A program made the position numbers and the translations under genes. Under the pieces are notes generated by a model. That model was not told the DNA's origin. It made no database searches and saw only the letters and a list, made by a program, of their open reading frames with translations. Shown in pieces: positions 26,216 through 38,868 of a DNA stretch of 64,000 nt; within the stretch, counting starts at the first letter, position 1; each line of letters opens with the position of its first letter. The stretch comes from the human T2T-CHM13v2.0 reference genome, Homo sapiens: assembly GCF_009914755.1 (NCBI RefSeq), contig NC_060928.1; one strand, 5' to 3'.

Positions 26216-26290
26216 TGGGGATTGTAAACTCAGAAGCCTCATGGGTCAGGTAGGTGTCATTAATGAGTTAGGGATATAGTGTGTAAATGT
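26216..26290 (+). mobile_element. End of an ancient hAT-like DNA transposon
   Basis: 'gggattgtaaactcagaagcctcatgggtcaggtagg' resembles a recalled hAT terminus; related sequence near 43075-43115 and, inverted, near 47640-47690. Confidence 0.4.
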
Positions 26291-27569
26291 TGCCAGAACC
26301 TCACATTATTTTTTAAGAAACTATTAGTCCAGATTTTTCTTATGAAAGTTTCTACCTTCTTAGTGCTATTTGAAATTATTTTAAAATCTTGAATGCTAAA
26401 GAGATAAATAAATAAGAATGACATGACTGTGCATGACCAGGTCTCTTCATTCTTTAACTTCTACCTGAAAACCAGGCATACTCTTCAACATCATGCTGCT
26501 AGATATTCTGTTGTGAATCACTTACCCTTATAGATCCCTCCTCTTGGGGATTTCCACTTACTCCCTCACTGCACGGTTGTACAAGTGTGAACATGCCTGG
26601 AAACTATAATTATCTGTGGATTTTGACAAAAGATCCTCAGTAGTTGTTACCATGCTTATTAAGTTCCCGAACAAATTTTTATCTCCTAAATTAACATCAG
26701 GTTGACAGGCATCCAGGATGGATGCTGATTCTCTGGTTATCTGCACACTCGAAACTTAGTTTTATCAGTCATTTTTCTTCCTTGTGGATCACCTCAGAAC
26801 CTTTTACATTTTTTCCAGTTTATTTTTTGTCTTTCAGTATCATCCCTGCTGTTGACCCAGTGCACACCACAGCACCAATGGCTTCCTTCCTTCTTATGTC
26901 TTTTAATTTTTTTTCAAGTAATTTCATAATATGACACTCTTGTACTTTTTTCATCACTGAAAGAATAGGATGGATAATGTACACAAACTAACTCAAATTG
27001 CAGCATAAATATCATGAACATACATTAGATTAAAAGATGTTGCTATGGCTGACATTAGAATGACATCTCCTGACTGCTAAATTCATTTGTTGCTGACAGT
27101 CAGGGTTGGTTGATATCCCGTTGTTCTTGAACACAGACTTGCTCACTTCAGTGAAAATTTTAAGGCAGAAAGTTCTCAAGAGCTGCTGTCTGAAGCAAAT
27201 CTTATGGCCAGAAGTTATAGTATATTCAGACTGATGCGCTAGAGTTTTCGAAATGATTCATTTGGTCTTCTTATGAAATAGTTTTGAGATTCTTCTTAGT
27301 AAACATTGGCTTGATTTTGTTTCTGTAAAATTTTTTTTTCTTCTCCGCTGAATGGAGAAGACTGTCATGAGTGAACTTGGCAATTGCCTTGTTAAAACCA
27401 GTTGGACATTATCTTCCACATTGCGAAGCTATACATGTCTGATATGTTCTGAAAGAATAGAATTTATAGTTAGATATACTATTTTTGATTATTTACTCAG
27501 AAGGAGACATGTAATTATTCTTATGTTGTCATGAAAATCTATTAAATGCATTTATATTTCACATCAATG

Positions 27570-27715
27570 TTACGAAGTTCCATTATTATTATTTTACAGA
27601 GGGGAAGCCAAGATACAGGAGTGGAAATTACTTGGCCACATCGCACAGGTAGGAAATTAGTCTTGGAAGTTTAACACAGAAATCTCATTCTTAACCACTA
27701 TCCTGTCTGCCTCTC
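27570..27715 (-). mobile_element. MIR SINE
   Basis: 'attttacagaggggaagccaagatacagg...acttggccacatcgcacag...cttaaccactat'. Confidence 0.65.
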
Positions 27716-27779
27716 ATTATTTCATTTGAAATAGCTCACAGTTAGTGTAGGCAGGGTCCAATAAATTGTTTCCTAGCAC

Positions 27780-28230
27780 CATACAAATCAATCCCTAGTA
27801 AGTTGTTATGGAAGATTTTGTAAGAATAGTGTAAAGCTCCTCTGTTGATATTTTGAAGAATTTACTGTTCTCCTCTTTTGCAAAGTGAATATGCATGTGT
27901 CTGCGTCAGCCTGCAGTCTTCTGGCCCCTCCCCAATCTTTTAAGTTCCTTCAAAGATTGCTGCAGTTGTTGGATCTACTTTGCACGTCCTTTCAAAAAAT
28001 ATGGTCTTTAGTCAAAGGGTCCAGGGGACTGAAACACTTTTTCAGTGAATAAAAAAGTTTTCATTTCTCAAAACACATTTTTTAAGCATTAACTTTACTT
28101 TTCCTTCTGATAAGTTTTTCTTCTGTTCTTTTCAATCAGGTGGCCATTCTCTTTACAGAAAATTCTGAGACAACATAACAATTGGTTGTTTAGCTGTTTT
28201 TAATCATTTTTTTCTTTATCCTTTACTTTT
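27780..28230 (-). mobile_element. CR1/L3 LINE ORF2 remnant
   Basis: 'cagtcttctggcccctccccaatc...ttcaaagatt...gggtccaggggactgaa' resembles the reverse strand of the CR1 region encoding 'K.PGPD...L..IFE.SW..G..PEDW'. Confidence 0.6.
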
Positions 28231-28279
28231 TACACCATTAATCTCAAAATGTATGCCTCTTCTTTCCTTGTTATGTGTG

Positions 28280-28530
28280 TATTTAAGTATTGATTTAAAC
28301 TGTAGCAGCATTTGTTGGATAATTAGGAATTTTAAAACTCATCAGAAGTTATCTTTCTGCAAAGCTGGCTAGAATTGATGAAAACGGTGAGTTTTTTTCT
28401 GAACTGGTAACAATAATACAATAATTATCCTTTTTTTTTCTCAGTATGAGCCAGTAAAAGGACTTGACATTTTCAAGAACATCATTTAAATCCTTCAAGA
28501 TAAATTTTCGGAGATTAGCATCTGTTGTTT
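28280..28530 (+). mobile_element. Ancient LINE reverse-transcriptase remnant (RTE-X/L4-like)
   Basis: One + frame reads LGILKLIRSYLSAKLARIDENGEFFSELVTI, resembling the non-LTR RT segment preceding the GV.QG motif; flanked by stops. Confidence 0.45.
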
Positions 28531-29783
28531 GTTTGTTTATTTTGTGTGAAGAAGTATTGTGAGTGAATGAATACCAAATCAAACACAGAAAGCGCATTTT
28601 CACTTTTGCCTTACGAATGATTCGCTTTATGTTAATTTTTACCTTCTATCAAGTATAATCTGGAAATAAACTGAGTTTATAAACTCTAAGGATGATTGCA
28701 GACATCCAGGTTAAAATCACATTTTAAAAATGTGGTTAAATTTGCAGTGCATTTGACTAACTGTAGTCTCATATCCTACTTTTATTAGTGGAAAAAGAAT
28801 CTGTGCCTTTGAAAAACTAAATTCAATATTTCCTACAAAAATGCCAACAGTTTTTTTGATTCTCTTTCTTATTTCTTATACTTGAGGTCTTTTATGCACA
28901 TACTTAACACACACACATAAAATCAAATTTTAGCATGAATTGAAACATGAAAATTATAACACAGTATTTCCCAGCTGAACACAAAAGTATGCTGAAAAAT
29001 CTTAATGTACATTCCACAAAGCCAATGATAAATCTTGCCCATAGTTCTTAGAGGCAGTTTCATTGTAAAATATTTTCCATGATTTTATTTCACCTTCCAA
29101 TATTTTGAATTCTTCAGGATCAAAATGTGGTATTTCTATTAAATCCATATTCCCAAGTCTATCACTGACACATTTGCCCTCCTATGAATAATATCACTGT
29201 AGTCTGTGATAGATCACAATGTCAAGAAACTGATCTTGTTTCAATTTTTAACTCTGTTGAAAGAAATAAAAAATTCCATTTGCTTCCAAGTTGTGGAGAG
29301 AAGAAAGAAGACAATTATTCAAAACAATAGCTTTAACATAATATTTATTTATGGTTTCTAATTAGTTCTGTTGATTATTATTCTTAAAACCACAATAATC
29401 CTTTGGTAGCAAGTATATGTTGTGTGGGCCAGTGAACCTATTTGTTTAAGTCCATAGACAAGATGTGTATTTAAGAAGATTAGGGTTCTTTGAACATAGT
29501 ATTAGACATACTAAATAGGTAGCTCAGGAAGACATTAAATGTATTTTATTAGTGCAGTTTTTAAAGACAAAGATAAATATTAAAATTCAACTCCCCCCAA
29601 AACCCAATATGGATGTGTTTTGGTAGATATGATGAGTAACAGTTGAAAGTAAAAATCAAATAAGATATGATAATTAATGTTAATATGGTATCAGTGATCA
29701 TCTGTAGTCAGTTTATACAAACTTATTAAAGATTATTTCACTTCATACCATTTTTCAATTTATTTCGCTTAATTGAATTAGAG

Positions 29784-29831
29784 GTGTGTGTGTGTGTGTG
29801 TGTGTGTCTGTGCGTGTGCGCACGCGCACAC
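29784..29831 (+). repeat. (GT)12 followed by an alternating purine-pyrimidine GC/CA tract
   Basis: Seen directly. Confidence 0.92.
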
Positions 29832-30329
29832 CCCATGCTTTAGGAAGGAGGCACAGCAGTTTTGGGGAAAATGTGTGTGTGGCCCCAGCTGCCTGATTTT
29901 TCTCTGAGAGTCAGAAGTGGTGTCTGAGTACATACAGGTTAGGAATCCCCAAGGTCTGTCTTCCTTTAGCTACTACCAGCCCCCATCTTCCTCCAGGACT
30001 AATATTTTTTAAACCTTAGTGCAAGGACCTATCCCCCCCAGACTAAATACTGATTATCACAAGAGATCTTGCTTGCTAGCTCTGAATGGACTTGTGGACC
30101 AGGTCCCTTGATAAACTGTAGTGGGGGTTCCAGTAATACAGGCCTCTTTCTTACAACAGCAAAGAATCCCCAAATGAGGAGACACTTTGCCCCACAAGTC
30201 ACCATGGTTTTGGTGCTGATGGTTACTTTCCTTCTGTATTAGAATCCTCTCTACATACAGCTCTTGCTATATTTAGTACCCACCAGGATCCCCTGGAATT
30301 CATAAGCATGTGGTTTATGTTGTATCATT

Positions 30330-30555
30330 GCAATGTGGTTCATGAAGCCTTAGGGCCAGGAGTCCTGGATTCTGGTTTTTGTTCTGCTCCTCTGGGATGA
30401 GTGACCTTGGAAATGTTGCCTTCCTGATTCTTTCCTTTGTAGAAGGGCACTGCAAATAGCATCTGCCTCCGGATTGTTGTGAGAACTAAATGACATAATG
30501 CCTAGGTGCGTAGGTCTGTTTTAGGCACATACAAAGTTCTCAGTCAGTGATACTG
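30330..30555 (+). mobile_element. MIR SINE
   Basis: 'cctggattctgg...gtgaccttggaaatgttg...ggattgttgtgagaactaaatgacataatg'. Confidence 0.75.
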
Positions 30556-31087
30556 AAATCAATGTTTATATAGTCAGTGTATACATTATATACAATGAAA
30601 TCAGTGAATTATTATTGACACTTCTAAGGTGTTGTCTAACCAGTGGGAGCGTACACCCAGTGTACTATTCTTTCTTCTTCTTTGTAGCCCCTAGAACTAT
30701 AACATCAGGGAGTCTATAAACAATAGATAAGTTAGCTACCTCAACGGTAATCACTTCACTCATATATATCACAAAAATAAACAAAATAACCTACTTCTAG
30801 GAAGTATAAGTAGATAATATTGAACATTGCTAATGCAATAAAAATAACCCTTATTTACTTTGCTTCCTTAAATCGCATATCAAAATAAGAAGATACTAAT
30901 TTGGACTTTCCTCTATCTTTCCAAAATTTTAAAGCATTCCCAAATTTGCCTCATTAGCTCTATCACTCCAGGCACACTTCCTCATCAATTGAACTTACCT
31001 CAAAACGAATTCATGATATATGCCAATAAAATCATTCACTAGCATCTTCCCATTGTCACCATATCTAACATTTAAGAAATAAAAATG

Positions 31088-31432
<345 letters not shown>

Positions 31433-31854
31433 TCATTACTGCTCAGTATTGGTCAGGCTTCTTCCTAATTCTAAGCAAACTCAACAAAGCAATTGTTCCC
31501 ACAGCCTAGGGTTTTCACTTTTATCCTCGTAGTGTTTATATTGCATGAAGCCTTCCTGAACAGCACGTCCATATGCTCGCCGCTGAAATCACTAGGAAAT
31601 GTCCTCCTCACCAATGAGGTGTGAGAAAGGAGGAAAGCAGGAGTGTTTATTTTTTACATCTTTTTTTCTGTTACCTTTTTTTTCTCCTTTGAACATATTT
31701 ATATTCTCAAATATTCACTTTCATTGGAAATCTTTGACATTCTAATATAACATGAGGCAAATCAGTGCAGACTCAAATAGGTTACCAAGATACAGGCCTG
31801 TGACATATTAGATTTTCTCTTTTCCACAATTTCAAAAATCATTACTTTATGATT

Positions 31855-32110
31855 CAATTTAGGAAGCATTTGAATAAGTACTTGAATCTAACACTACTAG
31901 AGGCTTCAGGGATTCCCCCCAAAACATTAAAATGGTTCTTGCAATCGAGGAAATTCAAATTTCATTGCTGCTTATGAGACGTGTAAGATTAAATGTCAAA
32001 ATATATGATAAACATGCTATATATTAATACCATTCAAGGTCAGAGTTGGGAGAGATCAGAATGATTCAGATATTTGAAGATGGTTTCATTGAATAATAAA
32101 CCTGTAAATA
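31855..32110 (-). mobile_element. L2 3' region
   Basis: 'aagcatttgaataagtactt...atggttcttgcaatcgagga...gaagatggtttcattga'. Confidence 0.45.
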
Positions 32111-32377
32111 TATGAAACATTTGAAGGGTATTTGAAACCTAACGATGGTTGTTTTATATTATATGGATGAGAGATAGAACAGATAAAGGCAAAAATGAAC
32201 TGTATTCATTTTATTATTACCTTTTACTAAAGTATTTAACCAAGTGCTGTTGACATGAAAAACCAAGAATGTACATCTCTGTCTGTTCTTTTCTCTGAGC
32301 ATCGCCGGATTCCCGTGTTAATGAATAATGAAATAGATAGAGTCTGTATAGTGTAGTGCAGTTTATGCCAGAAATAG

Positions 32378-32590
32378 AGTGTAATGGTAAGAACAAAGGC
32401 TTTGGTGTTAGACAATGCGGTATTGTATGTTATTTTTGACATTTACTGCCTTTCTAATGTTGGAAAAGTTACTTAATGTCACTGAGTCTCATTTTCTCTT
32501 TTAGGGTGGTTCTAAGAGTTAAGTAAGATAATAAATGAAAAGTGCCTAGCAGAATGCATGGCATAGAATATGCATCAATACATAGAAATT
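32378..32590 (+). mobile_element. MIR SINE
   Basis: 'gtgtaatggtaagaacaaaggctttggtgttagac...aagttacttaatgtcactgagtctcatttt...agtgcctagcagaatgc'. Confidence 0.78.
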
Positions 32591-32654
32591 TGACCGTCAC
32601 TTGAATTAAGAGACTGGTTTAGGAGCATTGTAATCTTATGCAATAAAATCTTAG

Positions 32655-32964
<310 letters not shown>

Positions 32965-33014
32965 ATTCTCATTTGTTATTTGTATTAAGAGAAAAATATC
33001 CGTTTACCAAGGTG

Positions 33015-33483
<469 letters not shown>

Positions 33484-33599
33484 TTTTGACATCTGCCAGG
33501 GTGTGTGTGTGGTGGTGGTAGGATATTTTTCCCATGGAATTTGGCCAACACTATAAATAAGGAATTTTTATTTTTTCAAGAGCTGGTTTATAGGCATAG

Positions 33600-33990
33600 T
33601 GCTGAATAAAAGAGACAAATGATTAAAGAAAGAATAACAATAAAGTATGCTACAAAACATAATATAGTGTTACAATGTCGTCTTTGCAAGGACATCTAAA
33701 CCAGCCAGGGAGGTCAAGGAGAGCATCTCCTTTCAAAAGCAGTAACATCTAAATTGACCTCTGAAAAATGCTAGGATTTGCCATGAAAAGAGTGAGGATA
33801 AAAATATTTGAGGCAGAAAGAAACAATGTGTGTGAAGTTCCAAAACTAAGACAGGATTGTTCTTTAGTCAACTGAGTTCAGTAGGGTTAGAGCTTAGACT
33901 TCAAGGGGAGTTAGAGATGTTTGGGAACGACGAGATTGAAATATTAAGAGAGACCAAGGAAGGGCTTAGTAAACTATGTTTCAAAGGTTT
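33600..33990 (-). mobile_element. L2 fragment
   Basis: 'gggaggtcaaggagag...gtaacatctaaattgacctctgaaaaatg...aggcagaaagaaacaatgtgtgtgaag'. Confidence 0.6.
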
Positions 33991-34501
33991 ATTTTTGAGC
34001 ACAATTCCATGTTGAAGGTGCTCATCATGGAATCAAGACTTATCTCTGAGCGTCATCTTTGCTATGCTCACGTTATAATAATGATTTTTACATTTTGGCA
34101 GTGCCACAGCAGTGTCCTGGCATGTGGTATGATCATTCAGCCATCTATGACAATGTAATTATAATACATTCTTTTTATTATGTATCATATGTGTTATTTT
34201 GTAGTAAAGGTCTTTGTGAAATTCAGTATGCTGAGTGTCTGATCATAGTAACCCTTTCAAAATTAGAAAATAAAATCAGTTTGGCATGATTTCACTAAAA
34301 GTCACCCCTTTTCTCTGTAAGTGCTAATTCTGTGTTATATCAGTTATGGTTTTACCAGAAAAAAATTAAGGTCGCCATTGTGTTGTTTCTAGATTTCACT
34401 CTTTTTTAAAAAAATTGGGCAACATTTGCTTTCAGATTCTCCAGACACTGTATTAGCATTCGTCATTCTCGTATCTTTTACTCACCCGGGCTGCTTCTTA
34501 C

Positions 34502-34614
34502 CTGGGCCAGTAACCGGAACTTCTCTGGTCTCTTATTATCATTTTCTCTCTTTTGGGCCCTCCTTTTATCTTAATCGTATTTATTCTATCATAGTCATTG
34601 TTAAGAGCGTTTAT
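34502..34614 (-). other. Candidate 113-nt minus-strand exon (unverified)
   Basis: Minus-strand acceptor 'ctcctgttttctttttcttttttctgttaag|' and donor CAG|GTAAGA; alternative donor CGG|GTGAGT with the exon ending at 34486. Confidence 0.3.
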
Positions 34615-36814
34615 CTTAACAGAAAAAAGAAAAAGAAAACAGGAGCTGAGGACTTATGCTCTCTCTCTCTAATTTTGTTCTACTTTATACAATTCTACCA
34701 ACTTACCACGGAATCACAGACTCCTTATCCTTTTTATCAAATAATTTGAATTATGTGGAACCAATTCTTATTTTTGTTATTTGATGCACTACAGCCACTC
34801 TTTAAAAACTGCTGTAACTCAACCAGAGAAGGATATATCTTTAAAAATGTTTCTGGACCAGCCACCAGTTTCTTATCTCTCAAGTGGTAGTACTGGGGAA
34901 GATTTGCAAAATAGCCCCCAGAAAATTAGGATCTGTGCATATTTATAAGAGGTTAGATTCTAAGACAAACATGAAAATTTCATATTTGTGATTTCTGAAA
35001 ATTGTTGAATGCAATCTTGATATATTTATTTATTAAGTAGATAACGAATAGCTAAATTAAAAGGTTATGCAAATGTAAAATAATTGCAGAAACAATTCAT
35101 ATTCAAATTTACGTTTTGCTGTATTATTTCCTGAATATATATCATTTTATTAACATTATCAAGTGCAAATAATTAAACTGAAATTTATAATATGTAAAAT
35201 ATTTTAATAGAAATTGAGTTTTGTGGTTAAAAAAAACCTAATTTTCCCAGAAAAATAATATTTAAATTCACTTTGGCATTCAAAAAATATTAGGCTATTC
35301 CTAATGGGGAGAAACCTGGTAACTGGGGTTTAACCCTTTCAGTATGAGCTGTAATTGAATGTAAATTGTAAAGCAGTTGTCTTGCATAGAGTGCATTTGA
35401 AAAAAAAAAAAAGACCCTGAAAAAGTCTCATCTCTTTGACTTTTTAATGTATAATTCTAGCGTTTCATTTTACAAAAAGTATAAACACTTCTAAATCCTA
35501 CTCATTTCAATAGAATGTCTCTGTTTTCCATGAGGTACCAGAAAAAGCCTTAAATGATATGTGATGTGCTGCTAGTCGTTTAATGAGACATTCAATGCAG
35601 TATGATTATGACTCTGTTGCTCAGTCATTTCAAGTTCTGTCCATCAAAATTGTGGGCACTTGCTTCTCAAATGAATCAAAAAGAGTTTCCAGGACCAGGG
35701 AGATATAAGTATTGAAACAGTAAGCAACACCCATACCATAAAGTAGAAGTGATTCATTGGTTAACAGAAAACGTAATGTCCAGAGCTTCATGGTTATAGA
35801 TAAAATAGGCTATGTTTATTTATCCATTTAGGGTAGTTTTTTTTTTTCATTTCGTTCCAGGTTAATTTTGATTTCCTTTGTAATAACGGGAAATTATTTT
35901 GAGATAGGCTTGTTGGTATCCTTGATTATCTGTGTGGTGTCTGCATGAAAGAGGAAACAAGTAGATTTTCAGGAAGTTTTCTTAATAGTTCAATGCAATC
36001 AGACTGGCCAATATTGAGAATTACTGCGCCATAAATAATTGTGGTTGGTTTCTAACTTTGATTTTATTCAGCCTAATAACAAGTATTGCTCTATAGATAA
36101 TTGTTGACGGTTGCAGACTCTGATTTCGTTCAATTAAGCTGGTAACCTTTTTAAGAAACTGCTTGGGAGAAAGCCAAGAATTCCAGTGAACTGATTTCTA
36201 GGGGGACTGAATTGAAATTGTGTTAGCTTCAAAAATGTTTCATGTAGGTCCAGCTGTGTTAATTAACCTTTTCCTTAAACTACCCTCTCCACAATTGGAA
36301 CCCCAGATCGGCAAACATAGCAAAGGACCATTTTATCTAGATTTAGGTTTTTCTCAAAGTGATTATAAACTTGGAAAGACATTATAAAATAGGTTTTTGA
36401 CATATAGTAAGTGTATGAGGGCTGCTCCTTCTTTCTAAATCACAGAAAAATTCAGATTCTCTCTCCTTCCCTTTCTTCCTTTTTAAAAATCACCCATGTA
36501 TGTATTCAAGAAAAGTAAAACCAGTGTATATTACACAAAGGTTTGCTTTCTTTATGTCAAATTGTTAATTTATAATGGTAAATACTGTGCTTGGAAGACA
36601 GTAGGAAACTCTATCAAACGTGCCCTTTACTAATAAAGTAGAGAATTGTCATTTAGAGTAGTATACTTGACCTATGGCAAATACTGCTAGTACTGGAATT
36701 CCATTGTTTATCTCTTGTGCTCTACACAGTGGGAGGGAAAAAGAGATGCATTGTATTGAAAGTATACATTATGCTTGGGAAAAAGTGTTTCTTTAAATAA
36801 ACAAAACCTTTTCA

Positions 36815-36985
36815 GTAAGTACCAGTACAAGCTAAGAAGGCCAAGGTCATAGGTCTCAGTAACCATGTATGTCAGTAAAAGGCATCTTGTGTGTTTCGTG
36901 GTTACAGTTGGTCTATAAAGTTGTATTTTTGGTCACCCAAGTAAGAGGCAAGAGAGCATTCGTAGGATTTCCTACTTGGAAAAGG
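36815..36985 (+). mobile_element. MamSINE1-like tRNA-derived ancient SINE
   Basis: 'gctaagaaggccaaggtcatagg' (tRNA-like head) and 'ttggtcac...ggcaagagag' match the recalled MamSINE1 consensus. Confidence 0.55.
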
Positions 36986-38652
36986 TAGGGAAGAAAAAAA
37001 GAAAAGTGAGAAGACAAAATTACAAACTTCAAAACATGCTTATTTGATGATCAGTAGTAGGTGTTATCTTTGTATACAGAATCTTTGGGCTGATTTTCGT
37101 TAATTGTATCAACTTGAGTAATAGTTCTTATTTCTGGGAAATTAGAATCTACCAAAGAACAGCTTGGGAAAAAAAACCTGTTAATACTGGGTTTCAATAC
37201 GTGAAGCTTTGTCATTTGCTGATGATCTTTATTCATCACATTCACAATTCACAAGATTATTTCTAAGGTGGGTTTGATTTACTGACTTTTCCCATGCTCC
37301 ATGAGAGCTGCCATATGCCTGATGATTCTGGGCTGTCTCTTCTAGGTTTTTTATCCACCCCTTGATAGCAACAGTTACTTCCTATATCCCTGGGACAACT
37401 AAGCGGAGGACAGTAGTTAACTAAAGTGGCTTTGAACAGTGGCAGAAAAATGTGCTGGGAATACCTTATATTCTAAGCAACCTCCAATTTCTGTGAGCTA
37501 AAAGTGCTATGTAATGTGATAAAGAATATAACATCAGGAGTTTTGTTTCAGGAGAAAAAAGTGAGATAATTGGCTGAAATGGACAAGTTTTGAAATTTAC
37601 TAGCCTTGAGCAATGATGAATAACTGAAAGTGCTGAATCAAACTGGCCTTTGAATTAAAGCAATATAACATACTGTAGAGGTTCGTCATTTCCAGCAGAT
37701 AGGAGGTCCTGGCACACACAGTAAGATAATGTGAAGAATTAGCTTCAATCTATGATTTTTGACCTTCAGTACAAGTCTAACTTAAAATATAATCTTCGAA
37801 ATTTGCATTTTGGAATTTGTCTTTTCCCTGTTCCTTGCAAAACCACATACATCAATATACATTGATATGTGGGGAAAATGATCTACAGTGGTGTAAATTT
37901 AACATGCAATTCTGGAATACTAACTTTTGAATTTCGCATATTTAAGTCTTTTTATATTTCTAGAATTTTCATACAGGATGTGATAACTTGATAACAAACT
38001 CAACAGTAATTTGCACCATTTCAGGTAACCTACTGATTAAATTTTTTTATACTTTATAGTTATTCTAACAATGATTCCATTTTCAGAGAGGTTCTCTGGG
38101 CTTTCTGCTTCATGCCTCCTCTAGCCACCCTGAACGATTATATCCTAAGGGTCCGTATTCTAAAGGTTTTCTGACACTGGCCTTGGTTCTCCATTTCATG
38201 ATCTTTCTGACTTTAGACAGAGATGTTTTCTAGGCTTTTTCTATGCCTTACTTCTCTTACATCTTTAAATGCATTTGTAGATACTTTTAGATTAAATTGT
38301 GCTCAAACATATTCATAAAGCAGAACAAACAGCTGACTTATATTTGGGAGGACTTTTACATAGTGGGAGTTCTAGACTCTAAGAACATGCCATTCAATTT
38401 TAACATCACTTCTATTGAAAAAAGAGATTTATCATGTATTGCTTTGATTTACCACATCCTTACTGGATGTTTGTGGACAGAATTTGTAGATAGGAAATGT
38501 TCTGCAGTGGATCCCATATTGAAATTTGTGGATTCCATTTGAGATTTACAGACTAATATAAAAACATAGCGATACAAATTTAATGACATAATTCTGAGTG
38601 TCATAATTGTCATTTCGAATTTAATGCTTATTCTTATAGAATGAAAATTGTT

Positions 38653-38868
38653 TTATATGTAAGGTAAATCTAAGCCTTCCAAATATATTTTATGCTTAAT
38701 ACAAACATCTTTTTGTTCCAAATTAGAGTAGTCCAGTAATTGAAGTAAGCCAGAACTAATGTCAGTGCCATCATTCTTTAATAGTAAAATCATAGGAACG
38801 TTGCTGCAATAAGGTAGTGGAGCGTTCAAAATCATAATTTCATTAATGGAAATATGCTGGACTATCAC
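38653..38868 (-). mobile_element. Ancient LINE RT remnant (RTE-X/L4-like)
   Basis: Translation INEI..LNAP...ILLLKND....SGL..LLDY...EQ......KI follows the RT pattern YINDI...ILLYADD...SGL...L..YC..EQL.IN..KTK with a decayed YADD. Confidence 0.4.

Noticed and set aside
29850-30240. Possible ancient Gypsy/ERVL-type LTR
   Set aside because: Composition is suggestive, but I could not match termini or diagnostic motifs
36815-36880. tRNA-like sequence
   Set aside because: Decayed head of a tRNA-derived SINE; no cloverleaf or intact B box
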